Part shown: piece after piece, positions 55,900 through 64,000 of the stretch
How the letters are laid out: each line of letters begins with the position of its first letter
Numbering within the stretch: position 1 is the stretch's first letter
Assembly (NCBI GenBank): GCA_035530075.1
Contig: DATKVM010000005.1
Coordinates: 22,823-86,822, forward strand
Length of the DNA: 64,000 nucleotides
Reading direction: 5' to 3'
Origin: Patescibacteria group bacterium
GTDB lineage: Bacteria; Patescibacteriota; Microgenomatia; UM-FILTER-40-11
Notes under the pieces: model-generated
What the model was told of the DNA's origin: nothing
What the model saw: only the letters and a program-made list of their open reading frames with translations
Database searches by the model: none
Position numbers and translations under genes: made by a program

Positions 55900-56448
55900 T
55901 TATTCCTTCACCAAAGGCATACCTAACTTAGTTAATAACATTCTGGCTCTTTTATCATCAGTTGCATTAGTCACAATCGTCACCTGCAGTCCCCGAACCT
56001 TATCGATTTTGCCAAAATCGATTTCCGGGAAAACAATCTGTTCGCTAATCCCCAGGCTGTAGTTACCCCGACCGTCAAAACCCGAGAGGCTCAAGCCACC
56101 AAAGTCTCTTACCCGAGGTAGAACAACAGTAAAAAGCTTTTCCAGAAAGGTAAAAGCTCGTTTACCTCTTAAGGTCACGCATAGACCAATCGGCTGGCCT
56201 TTACTCAGCTTAAAGCCAGCGATTGACTTTTTCGCTCGACAAAGTTTAGGCTTCTGGCCGGAAATTACCGCCAGTTGCTCCCCCACCGATTCAATTACCT
56301 TTTTGTCTTCCTTTGCCTCCTTAAGGCCAATATTCAAGACTACCTTGATAATCCGCGGTACGGCCAGCGGGCTTTTTACTCCCAACTCCTTCTGGAGATC
56401 GGGAATAACCTCTTGACGATATTTCTCAACTAAACTTTTTACTTCCAT
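55900..56448 (-). CDS. rplE: 50S ribosomal protein L5
   Basis: ISGQKP, SIAGFKL, VTLRG, PRVRDF, FPEI. Confidence 0.97.
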   Translation of the reverse strand: MEVKSLVEKYRQEVIPDLQKELGVKSPLAVPRIIKVVLNIGLKEAKEDKKVIESVGEQLAVISGQKPKLCRAKKSIAGFKLSKGQPIGLCVTLRGKRAFTFLEKLFTVVLPRVRDFGGLSLSGFDGRGNYSLGISEQIVFPEIDFGKIDKVRGLQVTIVTNATDDKRARMLLTKLGMPLVKE

Positions 56449-56461
56449 TTTTACCTCTTTT

Positions 56462-56776
56462 TTAAATTTGAGCCCGACAACGACGGCAAATCCGGACCTT
56501 CCCCTCGGCCGTCCCGGCATAAAGGGGTCGGGTGATTTTAGCACACTTTGGGCAAATTAGAGCCACTTTAGTCCCGGCCAAAGGCCGACTTTGGCTGATA
56601 ATTCCTCCCGCTTTATCATTTTCCCCTCTGGGCTTAGTGTGTTTTTTATAGAGATTCAATCCCGCCACTAAGACCGTCCCTTTCTTGGCAAAAACTTGGT
56701 CAATACTCCCTGTTTTACCTCGGTCCTTGCCGAGCAAAATTTTGACTTTATCACCTTTTTTTAATTTCATTTTCAT
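56462..56776 (-). CDS. rplX: 50S ribosomal protein L24
   Basis: KKGDKV..L.GKDRGK.G, CPKC. Confidence 0.96.
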   Translation of the reverse strand: MKMKLKKGDKVKILLGKDRGKTGSIDQVFAKKGTVLVAGLNLYKKHTKPRGENDKAGGIISQSRPLAGTKVALICPKCAKITRPLYAGTAEGKVRICRRCRAQI

Positions 56777-56815
56777 CTCCTGATAGTCTTTTCGCCTTTT
56801 TTGGTTTTCGACTTT

Positions 56816-57184
56816 TTAGTACATCTCCTTCGCTTGGGAGGCAATTTTAGTAAAATCAGCTTCTCTCACTTCCCGGGCAATTGGGCCAAAAATCCGGGTT
56901 CCCCGTGGGTTACCGTCTTTGTCAATAACGACTCCGGCATTATCATCAAAGCGAATGTAGCTCCCATCCGGCCGGCGAACTGGTTTTTTGGTTCGAACAA
57001 CTAAAACTCGCACAATTTCGCTATCTTTAACCACCCCATTAGGATCAGCTTGATCAACTACCGCCGCCACAATATCACCAAGCGCGCCGGTTGCTCGCTT
57101 GAAACCCCCGTAGATGTGAATCACTCTTAATCTCTTCGCTCCGGTATTATCGGCGGGGGTGAGAATAGTTCTTAGCTGAATCAT
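56816..57184 (-). CDS. rplN: 50S ribosomal protein L14
   Basis: ADNTGAK, RFDDNA, GTRIFGPIARE. Confidence 0.98.
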   Translation of the reverse strand: MIQLRTILTPADNTGAKRLRVIHIYGGFKRATGALGDIVAAVVDQADPNGVVKDSEIVRVLVVRTKKPVRRPDGSYIRFDDNAGVVIDKDGNPRGTRIFGPIAREVREADFTKIASQAKEMY

Positions 57185-57471
57185 TTTTCTTTTACCTCCC
57201 GTTTTTTGCCGGCCACTTTCTTGGCTTTGACCGGTTCGGCGTCTGGACTTAAAATTTCCGTTACTTTAAAACTGATTGTCCGGGAAAAAGGCCGGGTTTC
57301 CGTAATTCTGACCAGTTGGCCCACCTGAGCTCCTAACTCATTGTTAGCGTGAATTTTCCTCTTGCTAGTCAATATCTTGCCATAAAGAGGGTGGCGGTAT
57401 TTACGTTCAACTAAAACAGTTACCGCCTTAATCATCCGGTCAGAAATGACTTTACCTTTAAATGTTTTCAT
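57181..57471 (-). CDS. rpsQ: 30S ribosomal protein S17
   Basis: GKVISD.M, HPLYGK, ETRP.S. Confidence 0.96.
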   Translation of the reverse strand: MKTFKGKVISDRMIKAVTVLVERKYRHPLYGKILTSKRKIHANNELGAQVGQLVRITETRPFSRTISFKVTEILSPDAEPVKAKKVAGKKREVKEK

Positions 57472-57670
57472 TGGGGAACCTCTTTTCTTGGATGATTGTT
57501 TTTATTACCGCCAGTTCATCCGCTTTGTTTCTGGCTAAACTAGTATTTTTTGTCTTCCCCAACTTAATTTCCATTCTGAGCCGCAAAATCTCTGCCTGCC
57601 TTTTTTCGGCTTCCCCGGCTAGTTCGGCTAAAGTTTTGTTCCTGATTTCTAACTTTTGCTTCTTTTTCAT
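57458..57670 (-). CDS. rpmC: 50S ribosomal protein L29
   Basis: Position between rplP and rpsQ; helical pattern LR....G..KN...R...A.IKT. Confidence 0.88.
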   Translation of the reverse strand: MKKKQKLEIRNKTLAELAGEAEKRQAEILRLRMEIKLGKTKNTSLARNKADELAVIKTIIQEKRFPNENI

Positions 57671-57678
57671 TTTTCCCC

Positions 57679-58086
57679 TTACTCTCTTTTTACAAATTTA
57701 GTCTTAATCGGCAACTTATCTGCGGCTCTTTTAAGAGCTTGAGCGGCTATCTCTTCGTTGACTCCGGCCAGTTCAAAAATAAGTTTTCCCGGGGTTACCG
57801 CCGCCACAAACCCTTGAACATCACCCTTGCCTCCGCCCATTCGGACACCAGCCGCTTTAGCCGTAATCGGGCGATCGGGAAAGATTCTAATCCAAACTTT
57901 ACCTTCTCTTTTGGTAAAATGGGCAACTGCTTTCCTGGCCGCCTCAATTTGAGCCGCCGAAACTTTACCGTGAGTGATTGCCTTGAGACCATATTCACCA
58001 AAGCTTACCCTTGCCCCTCGAGTAGCTAAACCACGATTTTTTCCCCGGAAAGTTTTCCGATATTTTTGTCTTTTAGGCGCTAACAT
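57679..58086 (-). CDS. rplP: 50S ribosomal protein L16
   Basis: [32 protein letters not shown]. Confidence 0.98.
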   Translation of the reverse strand: MLAPKRQKYRKTFRGKNRGLATRGARVSFGEYGLKAITHGKVSAAQIEAARKAVAHFTKREGKVWIRIFPDRPITAKAAGVRMGGGKGDVQGFVAAVTPGKLIFELAGVNEEIAAQALKRAADKLPIKTKFVKRE

Positions 58087-58723
58087 TTTCTTCTCCTTGA
58101 TGAATCCAAACTTTTACACCGACATAACCGGAACGAGTGAGGGCCGGCACTTCGGCAAAATCAATTTTTGCCCTTATGGTTTGCAGGGGAACTTTCCCTT
58201 CGGTAAAAGTTTCCCGCCGGGCAATCTCGGCTCCGGCAATTCGGCCAGCAAGGATAATTTTAATTCCCTTGGCTCCCGCTGACATGGTCCTCTCAATCGC
58301 TTTTCTCACCACGTACCGATGCGGCATTCTTTTTTCAATCTGCTCGACAATCCTTTGGGCCACAAACATTGCTGAAAGGTCAGGATTCTTAACCTCCTCT
58401 GGAGAAACTTCCAAATTCTTTTCCGGTTCAGGAATCGAAACCATCTTCGCCAGCATCTTTTTCAGCTCTTCCAAACCGCTTCCTCCTCGACCAATCACTA
58501 CTCCCGGCCGAGTCACTTGGGGAACAACTCTAATTTTGTTAATTGACCTCTCAATTTTGACTCCCACTATCCCTGCCAACTTGAGCTTATTCATCAAAAA
58601 TTTTCTTAAAGCGATGTCTTCCAGCAAAACTTTTTTGAAATCTCTCTTGCTGGCATACCAATTAGAGCTCCAAGTATAAAGGCTGCCAATTCGAAAACTA
58701 ATAGGATGAACTTTTTTTCCCAC
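58073..58723 (-). CDS. rpsC: 30S ribosomal protein S3 (GTG start)
   Basis: [32 protein letters not shown]. Confidence 0.97.
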   Translation of the reverse strand: MGKKVHPISFRIGSLYTWSSNWYASKRDFKKVLLEDIALRKFLMNKLKLAGIVGVKIERSINKIRVVPQVTRPGVVIGRGGSGLEELKKMLAKMVSIPEPEKNLEVSPEEVKNPDLSAMFVAQRIVEQIEKRMPHRYVVRKAIERTMSAGAKGIKIILAGRIAGAEIARRETFTEGKVPLQTIRAKIDFAEVPALTRSGYVGVKVWIHQGEENVSA

Positions 58724-58726
58724 TGT

Positions 58727-58783
58727 GCCCTCCGTTTTATCCGCCATAGCCTTGGCAACGGCGGAAGTTTTGACGAAGGAGGA
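58727..58783 (-). repeat. Nested REP-like element supplying the rpsC SD
   Basis: CCTTCGTCAAAACT-TCCGCC..GGCGGA-TAAAACGGAGG-GCACA-GTG. Confidence 0.7.
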
Positions 58784-59230
58784 TTACTCCGCCTTCACCT
58801 TACTTTTTACTTTTTTACTAACTGCTTTCTTTTTAACTTCTGCCACTTTCGGCGCCTTTGCCGGCTCTTTTTTAACCTCAACCGGCTTCTCTTCCCCCGT
58901 CGCTAAAGTCAAAAAAATATGAGCCGTTTTCTTCCTGATAATGCCTCGGTCAAAACGAGCTCCGTGAGAGCGGTCAATTCTTTTAAAAACCGGTCCTTCG
59001 CCCACTTCGATCGTTTTAATCACGAACTTCTCCGGACTCAGCTTTAGATTGTTTTTGGCATTAGCCAGCCCCTGCTGGACCACTTTGCGCAAAAACTCAC
59101 TCCCTTCTTGGGGATAAGCTTTAAGTCTAACCAGGGCCTTTTCCGCCCTCATTCCTGGCAAGCCTCTCGTCAGCATTCTTAGCTTCCGGGGGCTTACTCT
59201 TAAATACTTGGCGCTGGCTTTCACTTCCAT
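58784..59230 (-). CDS. rplV: 50S ribosomal protein L22 with K-rich tail
   Basis: RVSPRKLR, ANA.NN, V.EGP, K.TAHI. Confidence 0.96.
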   Translation of the reverse strand: MEVKASAKYLRVSPRKLRMLTRGLPGMRAEKALVRLKAYPQEGSEFLRKVVQQGLANAKNNLKLSPEKFVIKTIEVGEGPVFKRIDRSHGARFDRGIIRKKTAHIFLTLATGEEKPVEVKKEPAKAPKVAEVKKKAVSKKVKSKVKAE

Positions 59231-59231
59231 C

Positions 59232-59516
59232 TTATGTTTTCTCCATTGTTCGTTTGACCACTTGCCCGTGGCCTCTAAAGGTCCGGGTAGCGGCAAACTC
59301 GCCCAAACGATGACCAACCATATCTTCAGTCACAAAAACTTCAATAAAGGCCCGGCCATTATGAATGGCAAAAGTATGGCCGACAAACTCAGGGGAAATC
59401 TGGGAAGACCGCGCCCAAGTTTTAATGGCTTCCTTTTTCCCACCCTCTTTCTGAGCGAGAACTTTCCTTAGTAAATTCTTATCAATGTATGGTCCCTTTT
59501 TAGCTGATCTTGCCAT
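59232..59516 (-). CDS. rpsS: 30S ribosomal protein S19
   Basis: [22 protein letters not shown]. Confidence 0.98.
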   Translation of the reverse strand: MARSAKKGPYIDKNLLRKVLAQKEGGKKEAIKTWARSSQISPEFVGHTFAIHNGRAFIEVFVTEDMVGHRLGEFAATRTFRGHGQVVKRTMEKT

Positions 59517-59521
59517 CTTAG

Positions 59522-60286
59522 TTACCTCACTGCAATGTTAGTGCCTTTCCTGCTTTTCAAGATAAACTTATGGCTGTATTTTACTCTCCGGCGAGTCTTT
59601 TTGCCCCTGGCGATTTTCCCCCATGGAGTCTTGGGGCTAGGCATACCAATACCGCTGCGTCCTTCTCCGCCCCCGTGGGGGTGAGAACGAGGGTTTTGGG
59701 CAACCCCTCTGACCGAGGGCCGAATCCCTCTTCGGCGGCTGTCGCCCGCTTTTCTTAATTTCTTTAATTTCTCTCCGGCATTTCCTAACTGGCCAATCGT
59801 CGCCCAAGCCTCCAAGAGAATTAATCTAATTTCTCCTGATGGCAGCTTAACTTGAGCCATCTGGTCCTCCTTGGCCAAAATCGTGGCCATCGTGCCGGCG
59901 CCTCGGACAATTTGGCCACCTTTTCCCACGGTGAGCTCAAGATTGTGAATGGGTGTTCCTATCGGAATTTGGCGTAAAGGTAAACTATTACCAATCTTAA
60001 TTTCGGCCTCTCGGCTGGCCATAATCTCATCGCCTGGTTGCAAACCCTCTGGCGCTAAAATATACCTTCTTTCGCCATCGGGATAAACTATCAAGGCAAT
60101 CTCTACGTTGCGAGTTGGGTCATACTCTAAAGCCTCAACTCGACCTTTCATCTCCCTTTTATCCCTCTTAAAATCAATTTTCCGCAAAAACCGTTTGCTG
60201 CCTCCCCCGCGATGGCGCACTGAAACTTGACCCCGGCTATCGCGGCCACCTCTTCTCCCAATCATTGTTTTTAATTTTTTGTTCAT
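59522..60286 (-). CDS. rplB: 50S ribosomal protein L2 (short N-terminus)
   Basis: [31 protein letters not shown]. Confidence 0.98.
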   Translation of the reverse strand: MNKKLKTMIGRRGGRDSRGQVSVRHRGGGSKRFLRKIDFKRDKREMKGRVEALEYDPTRNVEIALIVYPDGERRYILAPEGLQPGDEIMASREAEIKIGNSLPLRQIPIGTPIHNLELTVGKGGQIVRGAGTMATILAKEDQMAQVKLPSGEIRLILLEAWATIGQLGNAGEKLKKLRKAGDSRRRGIRPSVRGVAQNPRSHPHGGGEGRSGIGMPSPKTPWGKIARGKKTRRRVKYSHKFILKSRKGTNIAVR

Positions 60287-60296
60287 TAGGTTCTCC

Positions 60297-60581
60297 TTAA
60301 GCCCCCGTTTCAAAAAGGTCAATTTTCTGGCCTTCTTTAATTAAAACGATGACCTTTTTCCAATCAGGTAACTGCCGCATTTTCCGGCTTCTTAAAGACC
60401 GTCTACTTTTACCCTTAACCGTCATCGTTCTGACGGCCAGAACATTAACTTTAAAGGTCTTCTCGATGAACTCTCTTAGCTCGTTTTTGTTTTTCCCCAG
60501 CGGAACGCCGAAGGTATACCAATTCTTCTTAGCCAGCTCCAGCGTCCTTTCGGTTATTACAGGCTTAATGTTATTCATCAA
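60297..60581 (-). CDS. rplW: 50S ribosomal protein L23
   Basis: P.ITE, F.V.V..V.T, WKK.IV. Confidence 0.95.
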   Translation of the reverse strand: MMNNIKPVITERTLELAKKNWYTFGVPLGKNKNELREFIEKTFKVNVLAVRTMTVKGKSRRSLRSRKMRQLPDWKKVIVLIKEGQKIDLFETGA

Positions 60582-61227
60582 CCCCCCTTCGCCCGTTAAA
60601 ACGGGCTTCTAGAGCCTTCAGGGCCGCTTCTGTGATCAAAACCAAATCTGCCAGTAAGAGGAAGTAAGGGTTCAAAGATTCCGTGTTTGAAACCGTGACG
60701 GCCTTTAAATTCCTCAAAGCTAGCCGGCCCTCTTCGCCCTTAGCCAAAAGAAAGACAATTTTACCTTCACTTTTTAAGCTTTGGCGAACTTTAGCCAGAA
60801 AGGCCGCCGCCTCTTTGGTTTTTTTCAAGTTCAAATCTTTCACTAAATAAATTTTCTTCTCCTTGGCCTTCTCGGCTAAAACCGCCAAAATCGCCCTTCG
60901 ACCCATTTTTCGGTTCAGCTTTTGGTGATAGTTTTGACCGCCAGTTGGGCCATGGGCAACTCCTCCGCCAACAAAGATTGGGGCTTGTCGGTCGCCATGG
61001 CGAGCGCGTCCCGTCCCCTTTTGCCGCCAAATTTTAGCCGTACTGCCACTCACTTCACCGCGGGTCTTAGCGTGCGCCCGAGCACGACGTTGATTCGCCA
61101 AAAAGACCCTCACTGCTTGAGTCACTAAATTAACTTTCCCGCTAACTTCGCTTGCCGCCGGGGCAAAAACAGCCTCACCGGCCACTTCTCCTTGAGAATT
61201 AATAATCGCAATCTTTAAGTTTTTCAT
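60571..61227 (-). CDS. rplD: 50S ribosomal protein L4
   Basis: [28 protein letters not shown]. Confidence 0.97.
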   Translation of the reverse strand: MKNLKIAIINSQGEVAGEAVFAPAASEVSGKVNLVTQAVRVFLANQRRARAHAKTRGEVSGSTAKIWRQKGTGRARHGDRQAPIFVGGGVAHGPTGGQNYHQKLNRKMGRRAILAVLAEKAKEKKIYLVKDLNLKKTKEAAAFLAKVRQSLKSEGKIVFLLAKGEEGRLALRNLKAVTVSNTESLNPYFLLLADLVLITEAALKALEARFNGRRGVDE

Positions 61228-61682
61228 TTGGTTGCCTTTTCTATCTTTTTTAAGGTTAACCAGCTTTTTTTGACTCCGGGAACCGCGCCCCGGACATACA
61301 AAGTGTTATTTTCTCCATCAACTCTAGCGACCAAGAGGTTTTTCACCGTCGTTCTCGCTTGTCCCATTCGACCAGCCATTCTTTTCCCCCGCAAAACTCG
61401 GCCGGGCGTAGTGGTGGATCCAATGGAGCCAGGTGCTCTTTCCCGGTCAGATTGACCATGAGTGCGTGGTCCTCCGGCGAACCGGTACCTCTTGACCACC
61501 CCAGCAAAACCTTTACCTTTAGAAACGCCAATCACGGTGACCTGATCACCGGGTTGGAAAATTTCACTTAGCTTACCTTCTTTTCCCACCAGAGCAGTCA
61601 CCGGGAAATTTTTCCCGGCCTCATCAAAGAAGGTCTGCATTTCTCCTTTTTGGGCAATAATCTTTTGGTTTGTTGCGGTCAT
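61224..61682 (-). CDS. rplC: 50S ribosomal protein L3 with an internal deletion (152 aa)
   Basis: [39 protein letters not shown]. Confidence 0.95.
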   Translation of the reverse strand: MTATNQKIIAQKGEMQTFFDEAGKNFPVTALVGKEGKLSEIFQPGDQVTVIGVSKGKGFAGVVKRYRFAGGPRTHGQSDRERAPGSIGSTTTPGRVLRGKRMAGRMGQARTTVKNLLVARVDGENNTLYVRGAVPGVKKSWLTLKKIEKATK

Positions 61683-61797
61683 AAAAAAATTAAGAGCGCC
61701 GGAAGCGCCCTTGACTCTCTTCTGAAATATGAATATTTAAGAAATCACACCTCCAAACGTATACCTAATTTTAGTATATTTTGCCTAAAATAGCAAT
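61683..61797 (-). promoter_or_regulatory. Internal promoter and leader hairpin before rplC
   Basis: TTGCTA-N17-TAAAAT; hairpin AAGGGCGC-TTCCG-GCGCTCTT plus a U-run adjoining the ATG. Confidence 0.5.
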
Positions 61798-61809
61798 GGA
61801 CTGCCCGCT

Positions 61810-62118
61810 TTACATTTTAATCTCGATGTCCACCCCCGCCGGCAACTCCATATGCTGCAAGCTTTCAATGGTTTTTTGGGTCGGCTCGGTAATATCGATT
61901 AGCCGCTTGTGGGTCAGCATTTCAAATTGCTCTCGAGCGTCCTTATCTGTATGAGGGCTTGTGGTCACGACAATCAATTTCCTCTCTGTTGGCAGAGGAA
62001 CCGGACCAACGATTTTCGCTCCGGAAAGCAAAGCCGTTTCCACAATCTTAGCGGCCGCCTCATCAACGACGCGGTGGTCGTAAGACTTAAGTCTGATGCG
62101 AATTCGTCCTTTTTGCAC
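61810..62118 (-). CDS. rpsJ: 30S ribosomal protein S10
   Basis: [27 protein letters not shown]. Confidence 0.98.
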   Translation of the reverse strand: MQKGRIRIRLKSYDHRVVDEAAAKIVETALLSGAKIVGPVPLPTERKLIVVTTSPHTDKDAREQFEMLTHKRLIDITEPTQKTIESLQHMELPAGVDIEIKM

Positions 62119-62188
62119 TTTTTTAAAGGTTCTTTCCGGCCACTTCGAGCTAATTTCTAAATTATTATCGGTTATTCTTCTTAGCCAT

Positions 62189-62219
62189 TAAAAATCCCCC
62201 TATCGCCATCGGGGGATTC
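62189..62219 (-). terminator. Intrinsic terminator after tuf
   Basis: AATCCCCC-GATGGCGATA-GGGGGATT-TTT on the minus strand. Confidence 0.8.
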
Positions 62220-62226
62220 TACTCTC

Positions 62227-63420
62227 TTAAGCAAGAATCTTGGCAATTGCCCCGGCACCGACAGTATGACCGCCTTCTCTGATAGCGAAGCGCTGTCCTT
62301 CCTCCATCGCCACTGGAACAATCAGTTCAATTGTCATTTTGGCATTGTCCCCGGGCATAACCATTTCCACACCCTCGGGGAGAGTAACATTGCCGGTTAC
62401 ATCGGTTGTCCCAACGTAAAATTGGGGCCGGTAGCCACTAAAGAACGGGGTGTGACGACCGCCTTCTTCTTTAGTTAAAATGTAAACTCCCGCCTCGAAT
62501 TTGGTATGGGGAGTGATACTTCCGGTTTTAGCCAGAACTTGACCCCTTTCGACATCGTCTTTTTCAATTCCTCGAAGCAAAAGTCCGACGTTATCTCCGG
62601 CTTGACCTTCGTCAAGGGATTTACGGAACATTTCTACTCCGGTAATGACGGTCTTGGCCGTCGGCCGAATACCAATAATCTCCACTTCCTCATTAATCTT
62701 AATTTTGCCTCGGGCAATTTTCCCGGTGGCCACGGTTCCTCGGCCTTTGATGGAAAAAACATCCTCAATCGGCATCAAAAACGGTTTGTCAAGGTCGCGG
62801 GGAGGAGTAGGAATGTATTCATCAACCTTGTTCATTAACTCCAAAATTCCCTTTTCCGCTTCCGCATCCCCATTTAAAGCCTTTAGCGCCGAAACTCTGA
62901 CAATCGGAGTTTCATCACCGGGGAATTGATATTTCTTTAAAAGTTCCCGGATTTCCATTTCAACCAAATCTAAAAGTTCCGGGTCATCGACCATATCAAC
63001 CTTGTTTAAGGCGACAACCAGGGCGGGAACATTAACCTGTCGAGCAAGCAAAATATGCTCCCGAGTTTGAGGCATCGGGCCATCCGGAGCAGAAACCACC
63101 AAAATTGCTCCATCCATTTGGGCGGCACCGGTAATCATGTTTTTGATGTAATCGGCGTGACCCGGACAATCGATGTGAGCATAATGCCTTTTTTCGGTTT
63201 CATACTCTATGTGAGTAATATTGATGGTAACGCCTCTTTCTTTCTCTTCAGGAGCGTTATCAATATCAAAAAAGCCATATGCCTTAGTCGTAGCTCCTGG
63301 TTGCTTGGCTAAAACGGTGCTAATCGCCGCTGAAAGGGTCGTTTTCCCATGGTCAACATGACCAATAGTTCCAACGTTCAAATGCGGCTTCACTCTCTTG
63401 AATTTTTGTGCGTCTGCCAT
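62227..63420 (-). CDS. tuf: Elongation factor Tu
   Basis: [28 protein letters not shown]. Confidence 0.99.
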   Translation of the reverse strand: MADAQKFKRVKPHLNVGTIGHVDHGKTTLSAAISTVLAKQPGATTKAYGFFDIDNAPEEKERGVTINITHIEYETEKRHYAHIDCPGHADYIKNMITGAAQMDGAILVVSAPDGPMPQTREHILLARQVNVPALVVALNKVDMVDDPELLDLVEMEIRELLKKYQFPGDETPIVRVSALKALNGDAEAEKGILELMNKVDEYIPTPPRDLDKPFLMPIEDVFSIKGRGTVATGKIARGKIKINEEVEIIGIRPTAKTVITGVEMFRKSLDEGQAGDNVGLLLRGIEKDDVERGQVLAKTGSITPHTKFEAGVYILTKEEGGRHTPFFSGYRPQFYVGTTDVTGNVTLPEGVEMVMPGDNAKMTIELIVPVAMEEGQRFAIREGGHTVGAGAIAKILA

Positions 63421-63518
63421 TTTTAGCGCCTCCTAGTACAAAAAATATTAATAATTTTTAATGCCCTCTTAAAACAATTCCCAAGAAAGGGCAATGGTAA
63501 CTGACTACTATATCAAAC

Positions 63519-64000
63519 TTAAATTCTTTTTGCAACAATTAAGTCGGTGATGTTTTTAGGCACTTCCTGATAATGGGATGGCTCCATATAATAACTCGCT
63601 CTTCCCTGGGTTAAACTACGTAAAGTGGTCGAATAGCCGGAAATCTCCGCCAAGGGGACCAGAGCCATAATAATTCTCGCTACACCTCGAACTTCGGTGC
63701 CTAAAATTTGGGCCCGGCGAGCCGAAAGGTCGCCAATCACTGTCCCCATAAATTCTTCCGGAGTCGTGACCTCCACTTTCATAATCGGTTCCAACAGGGT
63801 TAAATTCGCTTGCCGAGCGGCGGCCTGCAAAGCTTGGGAGCCGGCAATTTTAAAGGCAATTTCTGAAGAATCAACTTCGTGATAGGACCCGTCATAAACC
63901 ACCACTCTCATATCTACCACCGGGAAACCCGCCAAAACGCCGTTTTCCATCGCTTCTTTAACCCCCTTTTCAATCGGAGCAATAAACTCGTTCGGAATCG
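63519..64000 (-). CDS. fusA: Elongation factor G, C-terminal part (truncated by the window edge)
   Basis: [40 protein letters not shown]. Confidence 0.97.
   Translation of the reverse strand, partial: IPNEFIAPIEKGVKEAMENGVLAGFPVVDMRVVVYDGSYHEVDSSEIAFKIAGSQALQAAARQANLTLLEPIMKVEVTTPEEFMGTVIGDLSARRAQILGTEVRGVARIIMALVPLAEISGYSTTLRSLTQGRASYYMEPSHYQEVPKNITDLIVAKRI

Noticed and set aside
56449-56544. Long N-terminal extensions of rplE, rplV, rplB, the 33378 permease and the 45940 ORF in the track
   Set aside because: They overlap upstream genes; downstream ATGs match the family starts
62165-62188. Mini-ORF MAKKNNR between the tuf terminator and rpsJ
   Set aside because: Too short and without an SD, so it cannot be supported
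273-63882. Numerous antisense or shadow ORFs in the track (e.g. 273..734, 2933..3487, 25248..25727, 58137..58679)
   Set aside because: They overlap well-supported genes and have no recognisable motifs

Overview
This 64 kb window looks like a Patescibacteria (CPR), probably Microgenomates-group, chromosome. The signs are rpmD missing between rpsE and rplO, a short AspS without the GAD insert, shortened L3, L2, MiaB and RelA, and CPR-type hypothetical proteins. Most of it is housekeeping: gltX, aspS, rel, recJ, cca, secDF, comM, uppP, rnpB, miaAB, hup-rny-recX-recA, mltG, and the fusA-tuf-S10-spc-alpha-rplM-rpsI ribosomal superoperon. tRNA-Gln(CTG) and tRNA-Pro(GGG) are also present. Main observations: (1) An AT-rich island (~5.33-10.35 kb) downstream of tRNA-Gln is divided by three degenerate tRNA-3'-end-like repeats. 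It carries a NUDIX / beta-RFAP-synthase-like GHMP / AAA_28 kinase operon, a PLD-like protein, a JAB-motif protein and an alpha/beta hydrolase. (2) Two genes (mltG, secY) have downstream duplicates of their 3' ends that differ only at synonymous sites; the mltG pair brackets a purF lacking the catalytic Cys1. (3) REP-like palindromes and 7/8-mer microrepeats lie inside miaA, miaB, recJ, gltX and rnpB, and supply the ribosome-binding sites of rpsC and rpsN. (4) Many genes appear leaderless. No CRISPR array, rRNA or intact integrase/transposase was seen. All calls come from reading motifs by eye; no database search was run.
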